Origin: Spirochaetota bacterium
Lineage (GTDB): Bacteria > Spirochaetota > UBA4802 > UBA5550
Direction of reading: 5' to 3'
NCBI GenBank assembly: GCA_029564515.1
Contig: JAKQPV010000125.1
Span: 28,287 to 92,286 of the forward strand
Length of the DNA stretch: 64,000 nt
The position numbers and the translations under genes were made by a program. Positions 54,245 to 63,076 of the stretch are shown here, in pieces (the stretch's first letter is position 1; every line of letters begins with the position of its first letter). The notes under the pieces were generated by a model, which worked only from the letters and a program-made list of their open reading frames with translations, did not search any database and was not told the origin of the DNA.

Positions 54245-55512
54245 GAACCGTACCGCGTCCTGCACTCGCGGTTGATCTTCGCGGAGCAGAAGTCGCCGCA
54301 CATGGTGCAGACCTCCTCGCCGTCCTTGCCGGTCTGTTTCCGGATGGCCCGCGCCCGCTCCGGGTTCATCGCATGCGCGTACATTCCCTCCCAGTCAAGG
54401 TTGCTCCGCGCGCGCGACATGGCGTCGTCGCGGTCCCGCGCGCCCGGTATGCCCCGGGCTATGTCCGCCGCGTGCGCGGCTATTTTCGACGCGATCACCC
54501 CGTCGATCACATCATTCAGCTCCGGGAGCCCCAGGTGCTCCGTGGGCGTGAGGTAACAGAGGAAGTCGGCGCCGTAGGTCGCCGCCAGCGCGCCGCCGAT
54601 CGCCCCGGTCAGGTGGTCGTACCCGGGCGAGCAGTCGGTCACCAGCGGCCCCAGCACGTAGAAGGGGGCGCCGTCGCAGTATTTCTTCTGGAGCTCGATG
54701 TTTTCCTTTATCATGTGGAGCGGAACGTGGCCCGGTCCCTCGATCATGACCTGCACGCCGCGCTCGCGCGCCCGCGCTGCCAGCCGGCCCAGGGTCTTCA
54801 GCTCCTCGATCTGCGCCGCGTCCGTGGCGTCGGCCAGGCACCCGGGCCGGAGCCCGTCGCCCAGGCTCAGGCACACGTCGTGCTCCCGCGCCATTTCCAG
54901 GATCTCGTCATACCGGGTGAAGAGCGGGTTCTCCCTGTCGTGGTGGAGCATCCACTTGATGAGGAAGCTCCCTCCGCGGGAGACCACGCCCATGATCCGT
55001 TTTTCAAGAAGGGGAATGCACGACCGGGTCACGCCGCAGTGCACGGTGATGAAGTCCACCCCGTCCTGTATATGCGTGCGGATCGAATCGAGTAAGTCGT
55101 CCTCCGACAGGCCAGCCACGTCGGGGCAGCGCACGATCGCCTCGTACACGGGCACGGTGCCGACCGGTATCCGCGACTCCTTCAGGATGGTCCGCCGCAT
55201 GGCGTGTATGTCGCCGCCCGTGGACAGGTCCATGACCGTGTCCGCGCCGTAGCGCACGCTCACCGCGAGCTTCTCAAGCTCCTTTGCCGGGTCATTGTTG
55301 AACATCGACGTCCCGATATTCGAGTTTATCTTGATTAAAAGCCCCCTGCCGATCCCCACGGGGGCGCAGTTGTGGAGCCCGCTTTTAAGGATCACGGTCC
55401 TCCCGGCCGCGATATCCGCGCAGATCTCTTCGGCCGAGAGGGGCTCGCGCTCCGCAACGGAGCGCATCTCGGGGGTGATTACATTTTTTTTCGCCTGTTC
55501 GAGTTGTGTCAT
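54241..55512 (-). CDS. thiC: Phosphomethylpyrimidine synthase
   Basis: MTQLEQAKKNVITPEM..., MIEGPGHVPL, and the C-terminal CTMCGDFCS radical-SAM-type cluster. ATG 55512 overlaps the thiE stop. Confidence 0.95.
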   Translation of the reverse strand: MTQLEQAKKNVITPEMRSVAEREPLSAEEICADIAAGRTVILKSGLHNCAPVGIGRGLLIKINSNIGTSMFNNDPAKELEKLAVSVRYGADTVMDLSTGGDIHAMRRTILKESRIPVGTVPVYEAIVRCPDVAGLSEDDLLDSIRTHIQDGVDFITVHCGVTRSCIPLLEKRIMGVVSRGGSFLIKWMLHHDRENPLFTRYDEILEMAREHDVCLSLGDGLRPGCLADATDAAQIEELKTLGRLAARARERGVQVMIEGPGHVPLHMIKENIELQKKYCDGAPFYVLGPLVTDCSPGYDHLTGAIGGALAATYGADFLCYLTPTEHLGLPELNDVIDGVIASKIAAHAADIARGIPGARDRDDAMSRARSNLDWEGMYAHAMNPERARAIRKQTGKDGEEVCTMCGDFCSAKINRECRTRYGS

Positions 55513-56120
55513 AAGCCGTACTTCCTTTGAAACTTTATTATTTCCGCAAACACGTCCGGCCGCGTCACCACGGCCGAAATGGCGCAGACCATGTCCGCGC
55601 CCGCGGCAATGCACTCGTCCGCGTTCAGGAGGTCTATCCCGCCGATGGCGACCACCGGCACGCGGCAGGCGCGCCGTATCGCCGTGAGCGTCTCAACCCC
55701 GCAGGGCGCGCCCGCGTCCGACTTGGTGCCGGTCGCGAACACCGGGCTCACCCCCAGGTAGTCCGCCCCCGCCTTCTCCGCCGCGACCGCTTCCTCCACG
55801 TCGTGGACCGTGACGCCGATGATCGCGTCCCTGCCGAGAAGGCGGCGGGCCTCCGCGTAGGGGAGGTCCTCATTCCCGATGTGCGCGCCGTCGGCGCCGA
55901 CCGCGAGCGCGATGTCGATCCGGTCGTTGATGATGAGCTTCGAGCGCGTCTCGGCGCAGATCCCGCGGATCTCCCGCGCCTCCTCGTACTGGCGGCGCGT
56001 GTCGGCGGTCTTGTTGCGGTACTGTATGATCTGCGCTCCTGCCGTCACCGCCTGCCGCACGTCGCTCATCACGCCGGCCGCGCTCAGTCCCTCGTCCGTA
56101 ATAAAATAATATCCCTTCAT
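55509..56120 (-). CDS. thiE: Thiamine-phosphate synthase
   Basis: MKGYYFITDEGL..., IINDRIDIALAVGADGAHIG, PVVAIGGI. ATG 56120 overlaps the thiM stop. Confidence 0.9.
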   Translation of the reverse strand: MKGYYFITDEGLSAAGVMSDVRQAVTAGAQIIQYRNKTADTRRQYEEAREIRGICAETRSKLIINDRIDIALAVGADGAHIGNEDLPYAEARRLLGRDAIIGVTVHDVEEAVAAEKAGADYLGVSPVFATGTKSDAGAPCGVETLTAIRRACRVPVVAIGGIDLLNADECIAAGADMVCAISAVVTRPDVFAEIIKFQRKYGL

Positions 56121-56908
56121 GCCGACACCTTCTGGCGCGCGGTGACCGCGCTTGCCGTGAGCCGATGGATCCGGTCGAAGAGACAGGCGTTGAAGGTCCC
56201 GGGCCCGCCGCAGTCCTCCGCGGCCAGCTCCGCTGCGACCTCGTAGCATGCGAGCCCGGCTGCCGCGGCTTCGGCCAGCCGGTCCGGCGCCGCTCCCGCG
56301 AACGTTCCGATCACGGATGCGGCCATGCACCCGGTGCCCACCACGTGCGCCATGATTTCGTGCCCGTTGTTCACGGTATAGAGCGCGCCCGATCCCGCAA
56401 CGATGTCTTCCTCCCCGGTGATCACCACGACGCAGCCCCTCTGGCTGGCCAGGGAAGCCGCGATGTCGCGGAGGCTCTCCTTCACCTCCGCCGCATCTAC
56501 GCCGCGCGTGCGTACGTCGCGGCCCGCGATCCGCGCGATTTCCGAAGCGTTACCCTTGACCACGCCGATCTTCGTTTCATCGATCAGCTCGAAGCTCATC
56601 CGGTCCCTGAACGCGGTCGCACCCGCGCCGCACACGTCCAGGACGACGGGCGCGCCCTTTTTGTTCGCGGCGCGCGCGGCCGCCTTCATGCTGTCAACAA
56701 ATTCGGCCGTGAGTGTGCCGATGTTCAGCACCAGCGCGGACGCTATACCCGCCATGTCCGCGACCTCGTTGATCGCGTGAGCCATAACCGGCGACGCGCC
56801 GAACGATTTCACGACCTGCGCGCACTCGTATATGGTGACCCAGTTGGTGAGATGGTGCACCAGCGGCTGTTTCTCCCGGACAACTTTCAGGAATGATGCT
56901 GCATCCAT
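56117..56908 (-). CDS. thiM: Hydroxyethylthiazole kinase
   Basis: PLVHHLTNWVTIYECAQVVKSFGASPVMA, VLNIGTL, HVVGTGCMAASV. Confidence 0.9.
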   Translation of the reverse strand: MDAASFLKVVREKQPLVHHLTNWVTIYECAQVVKSFGASPVMAHAINEVADMAGIASALVLNIGTLTAEFVDSMKAAARAANKKGAPVVLDVCGAGATAFRDRMSFELIDETKIGVVKGNASEIARIAGRDVRTRGVDAAEVKESLRDIAASLASQRGCVVVITGEEDIVAGSGALYTVNNGHEIMAHVVGTGCMAASVIGTFAGAAPDRLAEAAAAGLACYEVAAELAAEDCGGPGTFNACLFDRIHRLTASAVTARQKVSA

Positions 56909-56963
56909 GGCATGCGGCCTCTCGTATCATGTATTTATTCGTCAATTACATCGCTTCATCATG

Positions 56964-57102
56964 CTGTCATCGCGAGCGCAACGAAGCGCGCCTCGGCTAC
57001 GCCCGGCAACCGATCGGTCCCTGAGCGACTTGCGCTGAGCTTGTCGAAGTGAGTCGAAGGGTGCTTCATCACCCTCTTGAAGAGGGCTCCTCGCAATGAC
57101 AG
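56964..57102. repeat. MITE-like repeat, copy B (TIRs CTGTCATCGCGAG / CTCGCAATGACAG), inserted between the TPP riboswitch and thiM
   Basis: Homologous to 2657..2756 with two internal insertions. It contains its own hairpin CCCTCTTGAAGAGGG. Confidence 0.6.
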
Positions 57103-57154
57103 TCCCTTATTCGCCTTCGGGGATGGCTTTTGTTGTGGATGTTGGGATTATAGG

Positions 57155-57240
57155 CCTCGGATCCCTTCGCTGGCATTACCCAGATCAGGTTCAACGGGTG
57201 TAATCTCAGGCTCCGTACCGGAACCACCCCACGGCATTAC
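57155..57240 (-). promoter_or_regulatory. TPP (THI-box) riboswitch aptamer
   Basis: Minus strand reads cgtGGGGTGGttccggtacGGAGCCTGAGAttacACCCgttGAACCTGATCTGGGTAATGCCAGCGAAGGGAtc. This matches the conserved CUGAGA ... ACCUGAUCUGGxUAAUxCCAGCGxAGGGA core. It lies upstream of thiMECL. Confidence 0.85.
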
Positions 57241-57362
57241 AACAATACTGAAATCTCCGATTCCCGTCAAGCTAAAGAGTCGATTATTTTCATGTAATGG
57301 AAACCGTGATACCGCTGAAAACACCTTGACTTCCTTGATAACCGGGTGTCAGAGTAGGGATC

Positions 57363-58610
57363 ATGAAGTCGCAAATATCACACGTCGAGATCACGCTCGG
57401 CTGGCGGAACGTCTGGAAGAACAGGCGCCGGACCGTCCTCACCCTCCTGACCATCATGGTCGGGTGCGCGATGATCATCTTCATGAAATCGGTCCAGAAA
57501 GGCGCGTTCGGCAAGATGGTCGAGGACGCAGTCGCGGCCAATACCGGGCACATCCAGGTCCATGAAAAGGGGTACCGGGAGAACACGAGCATCGACTACG
57601 CGCTCCTTCCGGACAACCGGCTGGAGGAGGCCCTCCGTTCCGCGGAAACAATTGCCTCGTACAGCATGCGGGTCAATGCCGCGGGATTTGTCGCCAGCGG
57701 AAACACCACCGAGGGCGCGGCCATACAGGCGGTGGACCCGGAGCGGGAGAGGACAGTCACCGACCTGCACACCCACGTCCTGCCCGGCGGGCGCTATCTC
57801 CGGAAGGAAGACAGTAAAAGCATCGTGATGGGAGAGGTCCTGGCCGGGAACCTCGGCGTGAAGGTCGGCGACACGATCTCCATGATCTCGCAGGGCTTCG
57901 ATGGATCAGTCGCTGCCGCGAGTCTCACGGTAGTGGGCCTGTTCAGGACGCGGAACCCGGAATACGACAACAACCTGGTCATCATGCCGCTCGCGCAGGC
58001 GATGGAGACTTTCACCATGATGGGTTACGTCAACTCGGTCGCGATCAGGCTGAAGGACGGCATGACCATGGAGGAGACGCGGGACCTGCTCCGGCGCTCC
58101 CTCGGAACGGAGAAGCTCGAGATCATGGGCTGGGACGAGCTCATGCCGGACATGGTCCAGTTCATAGACATGAAGCATTTCGGCACCTACATCTTCGAGT
58201 TCATACTCTTCACCATCGTCGCGTTCGGGGTCATGAACACGATCCAGATGTCGGTGTACGAGCGGGTCCGCGAGTTCGGGATCATGATGGCCATCGGCAC
58301 AAGGCCGGAGAAGATCCGCCGCATGGTGGCGGCCGAGTCCTTCATGATCGCTCTCATGGGCGTGCTCCTCGGGTCTATGCTCGGAAGCGCGCTCGCGCTC
58401 TATTTCACCTGCCACCCGCTCGACTATTCCAGCCTCGCCGGCCAGATGAAGGTATGGGGAGTGTCCATCACCACCTTCCCCGCGCGGCTCGAGGCATCGA
58501 ACATCCTGAACACGTCCGGCATCATGCTGGCGGTCTGCATCCTGTTTACCATAATCCCGGCACGGTACGCGTCGCGGCTCAGGCCGATCGAAGCGATACG
58601 AAAGCTGTGA
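57363..58610 (+). CDS. ABC transporter permease, FtsX/LolE-like
   Basis: N-terminal WRNVWKNRRRTVLTLLTIMVG, a large periplasmic loop, and a C-terminal FtsX 3-TM bundle (REFGIMMAIGTRPEKI). Confidence 0.8.
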   Translation: MKSQISHVEITLGWRNVWKNRRRTVLTLLTIMVGCAMIIFMKSVQKGAFGKMVEDAVAANTGHIQVHEKGYRENTSIDYALLPDNRLEEALRSAETIASYSMRVNAAGFVASGNTTEGAAIQAVDPERERTVTDLHTHVLPGGRYLRKEDSKSIVMGEVLAGNLGVKVGDTISMISQGFDGSVAAASLTVVGLFRTRNPEYDNNLVIMPLAQAMETFTMMGYVNSVAIRLKDGMTMEETRDLLRRSLGTEKLEIMGWDELMPDMVQFIDMKHFGTYIFEFILFTIVAFGVMNTIQMSVYERVREFGIMMAIGTRPEKIRRMVAAESFMIALMGVLLGSMLGSALALYFTCHPLDYSSLAGQMKVWGVSITTFPARLEASNILNTSGIMLAVCILFTIIPARYASRLRPIEAIRKL

Positions 58611-58618
58611 GGGGAACC

Positions 58619-59878
58619 ATGGTGCTCTCGGAACGAATATCGGGCCTCGCGCCCTTCATCATTATCGGGTGGCGCAACATGTGGCGCCAGAAGCGCCGCT
58701 CACTCGTGGTCATCTCGTCCATCGCCATCGGCATCTCGGCCATGATCATGCTGACCGGGTTCATGAACGGCCTGACGCAGCAGATGGTGGACAACACCAT
58801 CAACACGGCACTGGGGCACGTCACCCTGCACCGGAAGGGATTCAGGAACAACATCAAGCTGGAGAAGAGCTTCCTCCCGGGCCCGGACGTGTACGCGGCG
58901 CTTGAACGCGAGGGCTCGCTCAGGGCGTGGGCGCCGCGCGTCACCATCAAGGGCATGATCCGGTCCGGCGAGGGCTCGCGGGGAGTGCTGATTCAGGGCA
59001 TTGACCCTGCGCGGGAAAAGGGCGTGTCGAAACTCTACGACTATATGCTGAAGAAGGAGGGCCGCTTTCTCTCCGGCCCGGCCGCGGACGAGCTGCTCAT
59101 CTCGAAGTCGCTGGCAGAGAAGCTCGACGTATACCTGGACGACCGGGTGGTGCTGATGTTCCAGGACGCGGGCAACGAGGTCGTGGGCGCGGGCCTGCGC
59201 GTTGCCGGCTTCTTCGAGACGCCGATGGGCGGGTTCGACCGCGGCGTGGTATTCGTGGGGATCGACCGGCTCCGCGCCCTGTGCGGGATTGGACCGGCGG
59301 TGTCCGAGATCGTCATGAGCACGCGGGACCTGAACGCGGTGGAGGTCACCGGCGGGCGGCTCTCCGCCGCGATCCATGACCCCGCGCTCGAGGTGCAGAC
59401 CTGGAAGGAGATGGCGCCCGATCTCGTGAGCGCGATCACCCTCCAGGAGACCATGATGTTCGTCATCTTCATGATCGTGTTCATCACGGTCATCTTCTCG
59501 ATCGCGAACACGCTTATCATGTCAATCATCGAGCGGTTCCACGAGCTGGGCGTGATGAAGAGCATCGGCACAAGGCCCTCCCGCGTCTTTTTCATCGTGA
59601 TGTACGAGGCCATGAGCCTGGGCCTGCTCGGCCTGGTCCTCGGCATGCTGGTCAGCGTGCCGGTCGTGCTGGTGCTCGGACATACGGGCATGGACTTCTC
59701 CTTTGCGCTCGAGTCCATGCGCAAGTGGGGCACCGGGAATATCATCTACCCGGTGCTCGCGACACGGGACATCGTATCCGCCGCCTTTATCGTGTTCTTT
59801 ACAACGTTTGTTGCGGCGCTATATCCGGCTCTCAAAGCGGCCAGGATTAAGCCCCTGGATGCGCTCAACTATGTTTAG
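58619..59878 (+). CDS. ABC transporter permease, FtsX/LolE-like (paralogue)
   Basis: WRNMWRQKRRSLVVISSIAIG and HELGVMKSIGTRPSRV. ATG 58619 lies 8 nt after the previous stop. No ATPase gene is adjacent. Confidence 0.8.
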   Translation: MVLSERISGLAPFIIIGWRNMWRQKRRSLVVISSIAIGISAMIMLTGFMNGLTQQMVDNTINTALGHVTLHRKGFRNNIKLEKSFLPGPDVYAALEREGSLRAWAPRVTIKGMIRSGEGSRGVLIQGIDPAREKGVSKLYDYMLKKEGRFLSGPAADELLISKSLAEKLDVYLDDRVVLMFQDAGNEVVGAGLRVAGFFETPMGGFDRGVVFVGIDRLRALCGIGPAVSEIVMSTRDLNAVEVTGGRLSAAIHDPALEVQTWKEMAPDLVSAITLQETMMFVIFMIVFITVIFSIANTLIMSIIERFHELGVMKSIGTRPSRVFFIVMYEAMSLGLLGLVLGMLVSVPVVLVLGHTGMDFSFALESMRKWGTGNIIYPVLATRDIVSAAFIVFFTTFVAALYPALKAARIKPLDALNYV

Positions 59879-59932
59879 CGCTGCCGGCACGCCCCTTCCC
59901 CGGGAAGAGATTCACATGCGAGTTGGAATCAC

Positions 59933-60269
59933 ATGAAAAAGATCAAACAGGGAGAGCCCCAACCAGATAAATTCCAATGCACCCAGTGCGGCTCCACCAC
60001 GTTCACCCGGGACGGCGCGTTTGACCTTCGGTGCGCCTATTGCGACAGCCTGTACCGGGTCCCCGGCCGGGAAAAGTCCCGCGAGGGCCCGACTGTCATC
60101 ATTAAAAAAAGGGGCCAATGTAATCTTCGGCAAGGATTCGCACGTTACGATCCGGGGCGGCCTCCGGGTTGAAGACGGCGCGCACGTTTCCTTCCTCGGG
60201 AAGCTCAAGTTGATCGAGAAGAGCGATGATGCGGTTATAGAACAGGCCAGGAAAAGGCTGGGGGGCTAG
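59933..60269 (+). pseudogene. Small zinc-ribbon protein gene split by a 1-nt frameshift in an A7 run (60104-60110)
   Basis: Frame 1: MKKIKQGEPQPDKFQCTQCGSTTFTRDGAFDLRCAYCDSLYRV...TVIIKK. It continues naturally in the +1 frame as GANVIFGKDSHVTIRGGLRVEDGAHVSFLGKLKLIEK... (track ORFs 59933..60172 and 60021..60269). Confidence 0.5.
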
Positions 60270-60323
60270 TTCCCCGATTTTAGCGCCGCCCGGCGCAGGG
60301 GGAGGCGTTTATCGAATTTATAA

Positions 60324-60941
60324 TCATTCGCTCTTTTCATACAGGTCCTGCACTTTCAGGGCATCGGTAAAACTGATGTTATCGGAGCCAATCGGGTGCC
60401 CATGGGAATCGATCGCCGTTGTCTCCTCAGGCCCATAATGCATGACGCTGATATAATCATAAGAATAACCGGCATAATCATAAAGATCCGGGCTGCGATA
60501 GGCGAACTGCGATACGAGCTCCGGATTGACCCTGCCCCAGTCGATCGTAATGAACAGGTCGCGGTCCGGCCTCTGGTGCTCATGTTCGAGGCCTATCTTG
60601 TGCCCCAGCTCATGAAGTATCGCCCGCTGCTCGAAACGATCCAGGAAGAGAATGTTGATATCATCCGGATAATATCCCGTCCCAAAAGCGCCGGAGATGA
60701 TTTCATTTTTCACTATATACAATATTCCCGTTTCTGAATGACCGACCGGGTTGGCAGGCCGGAATTGAATCCTGCCTATTGAAGCAGCTTCCCATAAATA
60801 CATCGATTCGAACACTTTATTCATCTCGTCACTGTTCATACCGAGCAGCACAAATGGAATGGTGCCGTTGGGCCAGACCTGAGGGCCCTGAGCCGCGCAG
60901 GAAAGCAGGGCCGCCAGTGCAAGCATATAGATGGCTTTCAT
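60324..60941 (-). CDS. Astacin-like (M12A) zinc metalloprotease lipoprotein
   Basis: Extended zinc motif HELGHKIGLEHEHQRPDRD, Met-turn SVMHYGP, and lipobox LLSCAAQ. I prefer ATG 60941. GC is visibly lower than in surrounding genes. Confidence 0.85.
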   Translation of the reverse strand: MKAIYMLALAALLSCAAQGPQVWPNGTIPFVLLGMNSDEMNKVFESMYLWEAASIGRIQFRPANPVGHSETGILYIVKNEIISGAFGTGYYPDDINILFLDRFEQRAILHELGHKIGLEHEHQRPDRDLFITIDWGRVNPELVSQFAYRSPDLYDYAGYSYDYISVMHYGPEETTAIDSHGHPIGSDNISFTDALKVQDLYEKSE

Positions 60942-61120
60942 TTCCCGCACCTCGCTTATTACACCTGTGGCTGCGTCATTTTTCAAATTAGAGCCTTTCC
61001 CGGGCTGTGCAGGGCCGGGATGGGGGATTCATATTTTCAAAGAACGCCGCCGGAACAGGTAAGGAAATTATTAGAAGTTAGTCAAGTCTCGGGGGAAAAA
61101 CAAAAAAATTTCAGGCATTT

Positions 61121-61516
61121 TCAGCGGAATATCAGGCCGACACGAAACCGCACGGCCCGCCTGTTGAAGTGCAACGCATGAGATTCACCGACTCTACAAG
61201 CCTCTTCGAAAGCCCTTGCAGCATTCGTGGCGCGATCCCCTATACAATTATGACTGACATACTCTAGGCGGATAAGGTGAGTGCGGGACGAGCACGCGGT
61301 GCCACGCCGGGTTAACAATGCACGGTCCAGGCAGTTAATGCGAAGGTAATGCATCTGCAGGCTTCCCCTCTCATCCCGCAAGCAGACCGGAAAGCATTTA
61401 TACATGATGGCGCCGGCACGGGCCTTGAGATCCACCCGCGAAAAGCGGGTACCTGCTGTTTCCTCCGCCGCCGATGGCGGCGGAGGAAAACAAGACAGCA
61501 GACTAATCAACATCAT
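61121..61516 (-). CDS. Hypothetical Cys-rich small lipoprotein (very tentative)
   Basis: From ATG 61516: MMLISLLSCFPPPPSAAEE... (lipobox-like). No homology recognised and codon usage is atypical. Confidence 0.3.
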   Translation of the reverse strand: MMLISLLSCFPPPPSAAEETAGTRFSRVDLKARAGAIMYKCFPVCLRDERGSLQMHYLRINCLDRALLTRRGTACSSRTHLIRLEYVSHNCIGDRATNAARAFEEACRVGESHALHFNRRAVRFRVGLIFR

Positions 61517-61557
61517 TTTCGACTGCGAAAAGCCACGCCGCACTGCCCCGCACGGCC

Positions 61558-62949
61558 TTATTCGTTCAGCTTCGTGGTGACGAAAGCGTCGGACCACAGG
61601 CCCACAAGATCCTCCCCGTCAAAATCCTCATCCACATATCCCGTGACCAGGCAGGTGCCGCCCCTTGTGGCCGCGATGCCATCCGCAGACATGTCGTCGC
61701 TGTCAATGTCACTGGCCATCTGCCTGGACCAGAGGCTTGCGCCATCTTTATCATAAGCCATGACAAAAATATTAACATCGCCCGTAAATACTCCCGGTCC
61801 TGCGCCGTCAAGGTCCGCATTGGTATTACCGGTCACATAGCAGTTTCCTGCCGAATCGAGCGCGATGTCTTTGCCTTCAGCATACTTACCCGCGGCCGAC
61901 GTTTGCCTGAGCCATTGAACCTCAAGAGATATATTGAATTTAATAACAAAGACATCAGCATTGCCAACGAGAACCCCCGCGCCCGCACCGTCAAGATCAC
62001 CATAGGTTGTACCGGTCACAAAGTGGTTGCCCTTGGAATCAGCGGCAATGCCCCAACCATAGGTTTCCTTGCCTGTCACGCCCATTTGCACTACCTGGTG
62101 CAAATTCCCTGACGTCGTGTATTTAGCGACAAAAACATCCGTGGTCCCCGTGAGTGTTCCTGCTCCCGGGTCAATATCGCCCTGGGTGCGGCCTGCCACA
62201 AAGCAATATCCGGTAGAATCCACCGCGATGCCTTCACCGCCGGAAAACGCACCTGCCGCTCCCCACTGCCGGATCCATTGCATGTTTCCATCCGTATCAT
62301 ACTTAACGACAAAAAAATCATGGGTGCCGGTAAGCACCCCGCTTCCTCCTTCGTCGAGGTCAGCATTGGTATAACCGGTCGCATAGCTGTTCCCATCCGC
62401 GTCAACGGCAATGCCAAAACCTGTAGTGGACTTGGTTGCCACTCCCAGCTGTTTCACCCACAACCTTGTGCCCGATGTGTTATATTTAGCAACAAACACA
62501 TCACTGGTACCTGTACTGCTCCCGCTGCCGGCAACAAGGTTGGCAGTGGTATAGCCTGCGACATAGCTGTTGCCGTGATCGTCCACGGCAACGCCCCTGC
62601 CATAGGCATGCCAACCTTCCACTCCCATCTGCTTGACCCATTGTCGCACTCCGTCCTTGTCGTATTTGACGACAAAGAAATCATCCTGAATTCCCCCGAT
62701 CCTGTCAGGATCGAGCTGGCCGGTTGTTTCACCGGTCGCATAGCTGTTTCCGTCCGCATCCAACGCTATGGCCCAGCCCATGGTATTGTTCGATGCATGC
62801 CCCAGCAGGCGCGTCCAGGCCGATAGCACCGGCTAGCTTCCCCCGCCCAGCAGTGCCAGGAGCGGATTGTATTCCGATGTCACTTTGGTGCACCCCGTCA
62901 TGACCAGGGCGCAGGCAAGTATTATCAAAGACGTCAACTTGAGCTTCAT
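61558..62949 (-). pseudogene. SBBP beta-propeller repeat lipoprotein gene interrupted by an in-frame TAG (62833-62835)
   Basis: ATG 62949 (GGAGG RBS) gives MKLKLTSLIILACALVMTGCTKVTSEYNPLLALLGGGS-TAG-PVLSAWTRLLG..., in the same frame as track ORF 61558..62829. That ORF carries at least 6 repeats of the DADGNSYATGYT...DFFVVKYD SBBP pattern. Confidence 0.65.
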
Positions 62950-63076
62950 AAAACCTCCAGTGAAATAGTACATCCAAGAATCTTCGTTCTAACCCTTCTT
63001 AAATAAATAAAGTACCGGCAACACGACGCCGTGTACATCCATCGAACGATTGAGAAAGGGGGAAATGAATGAACAA

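Noticed and set aside
62833-62835. The in-frame TAG could encode pyrrolysine.
   Set aside because: No pyl genes or methylamine methyltransferase context occur in the window. The codon lies in a Gly/Ser linker just after a lipobox, where a nonsense mutation or sequencing error is the simpler explanation. It remains a checkable alternative only.
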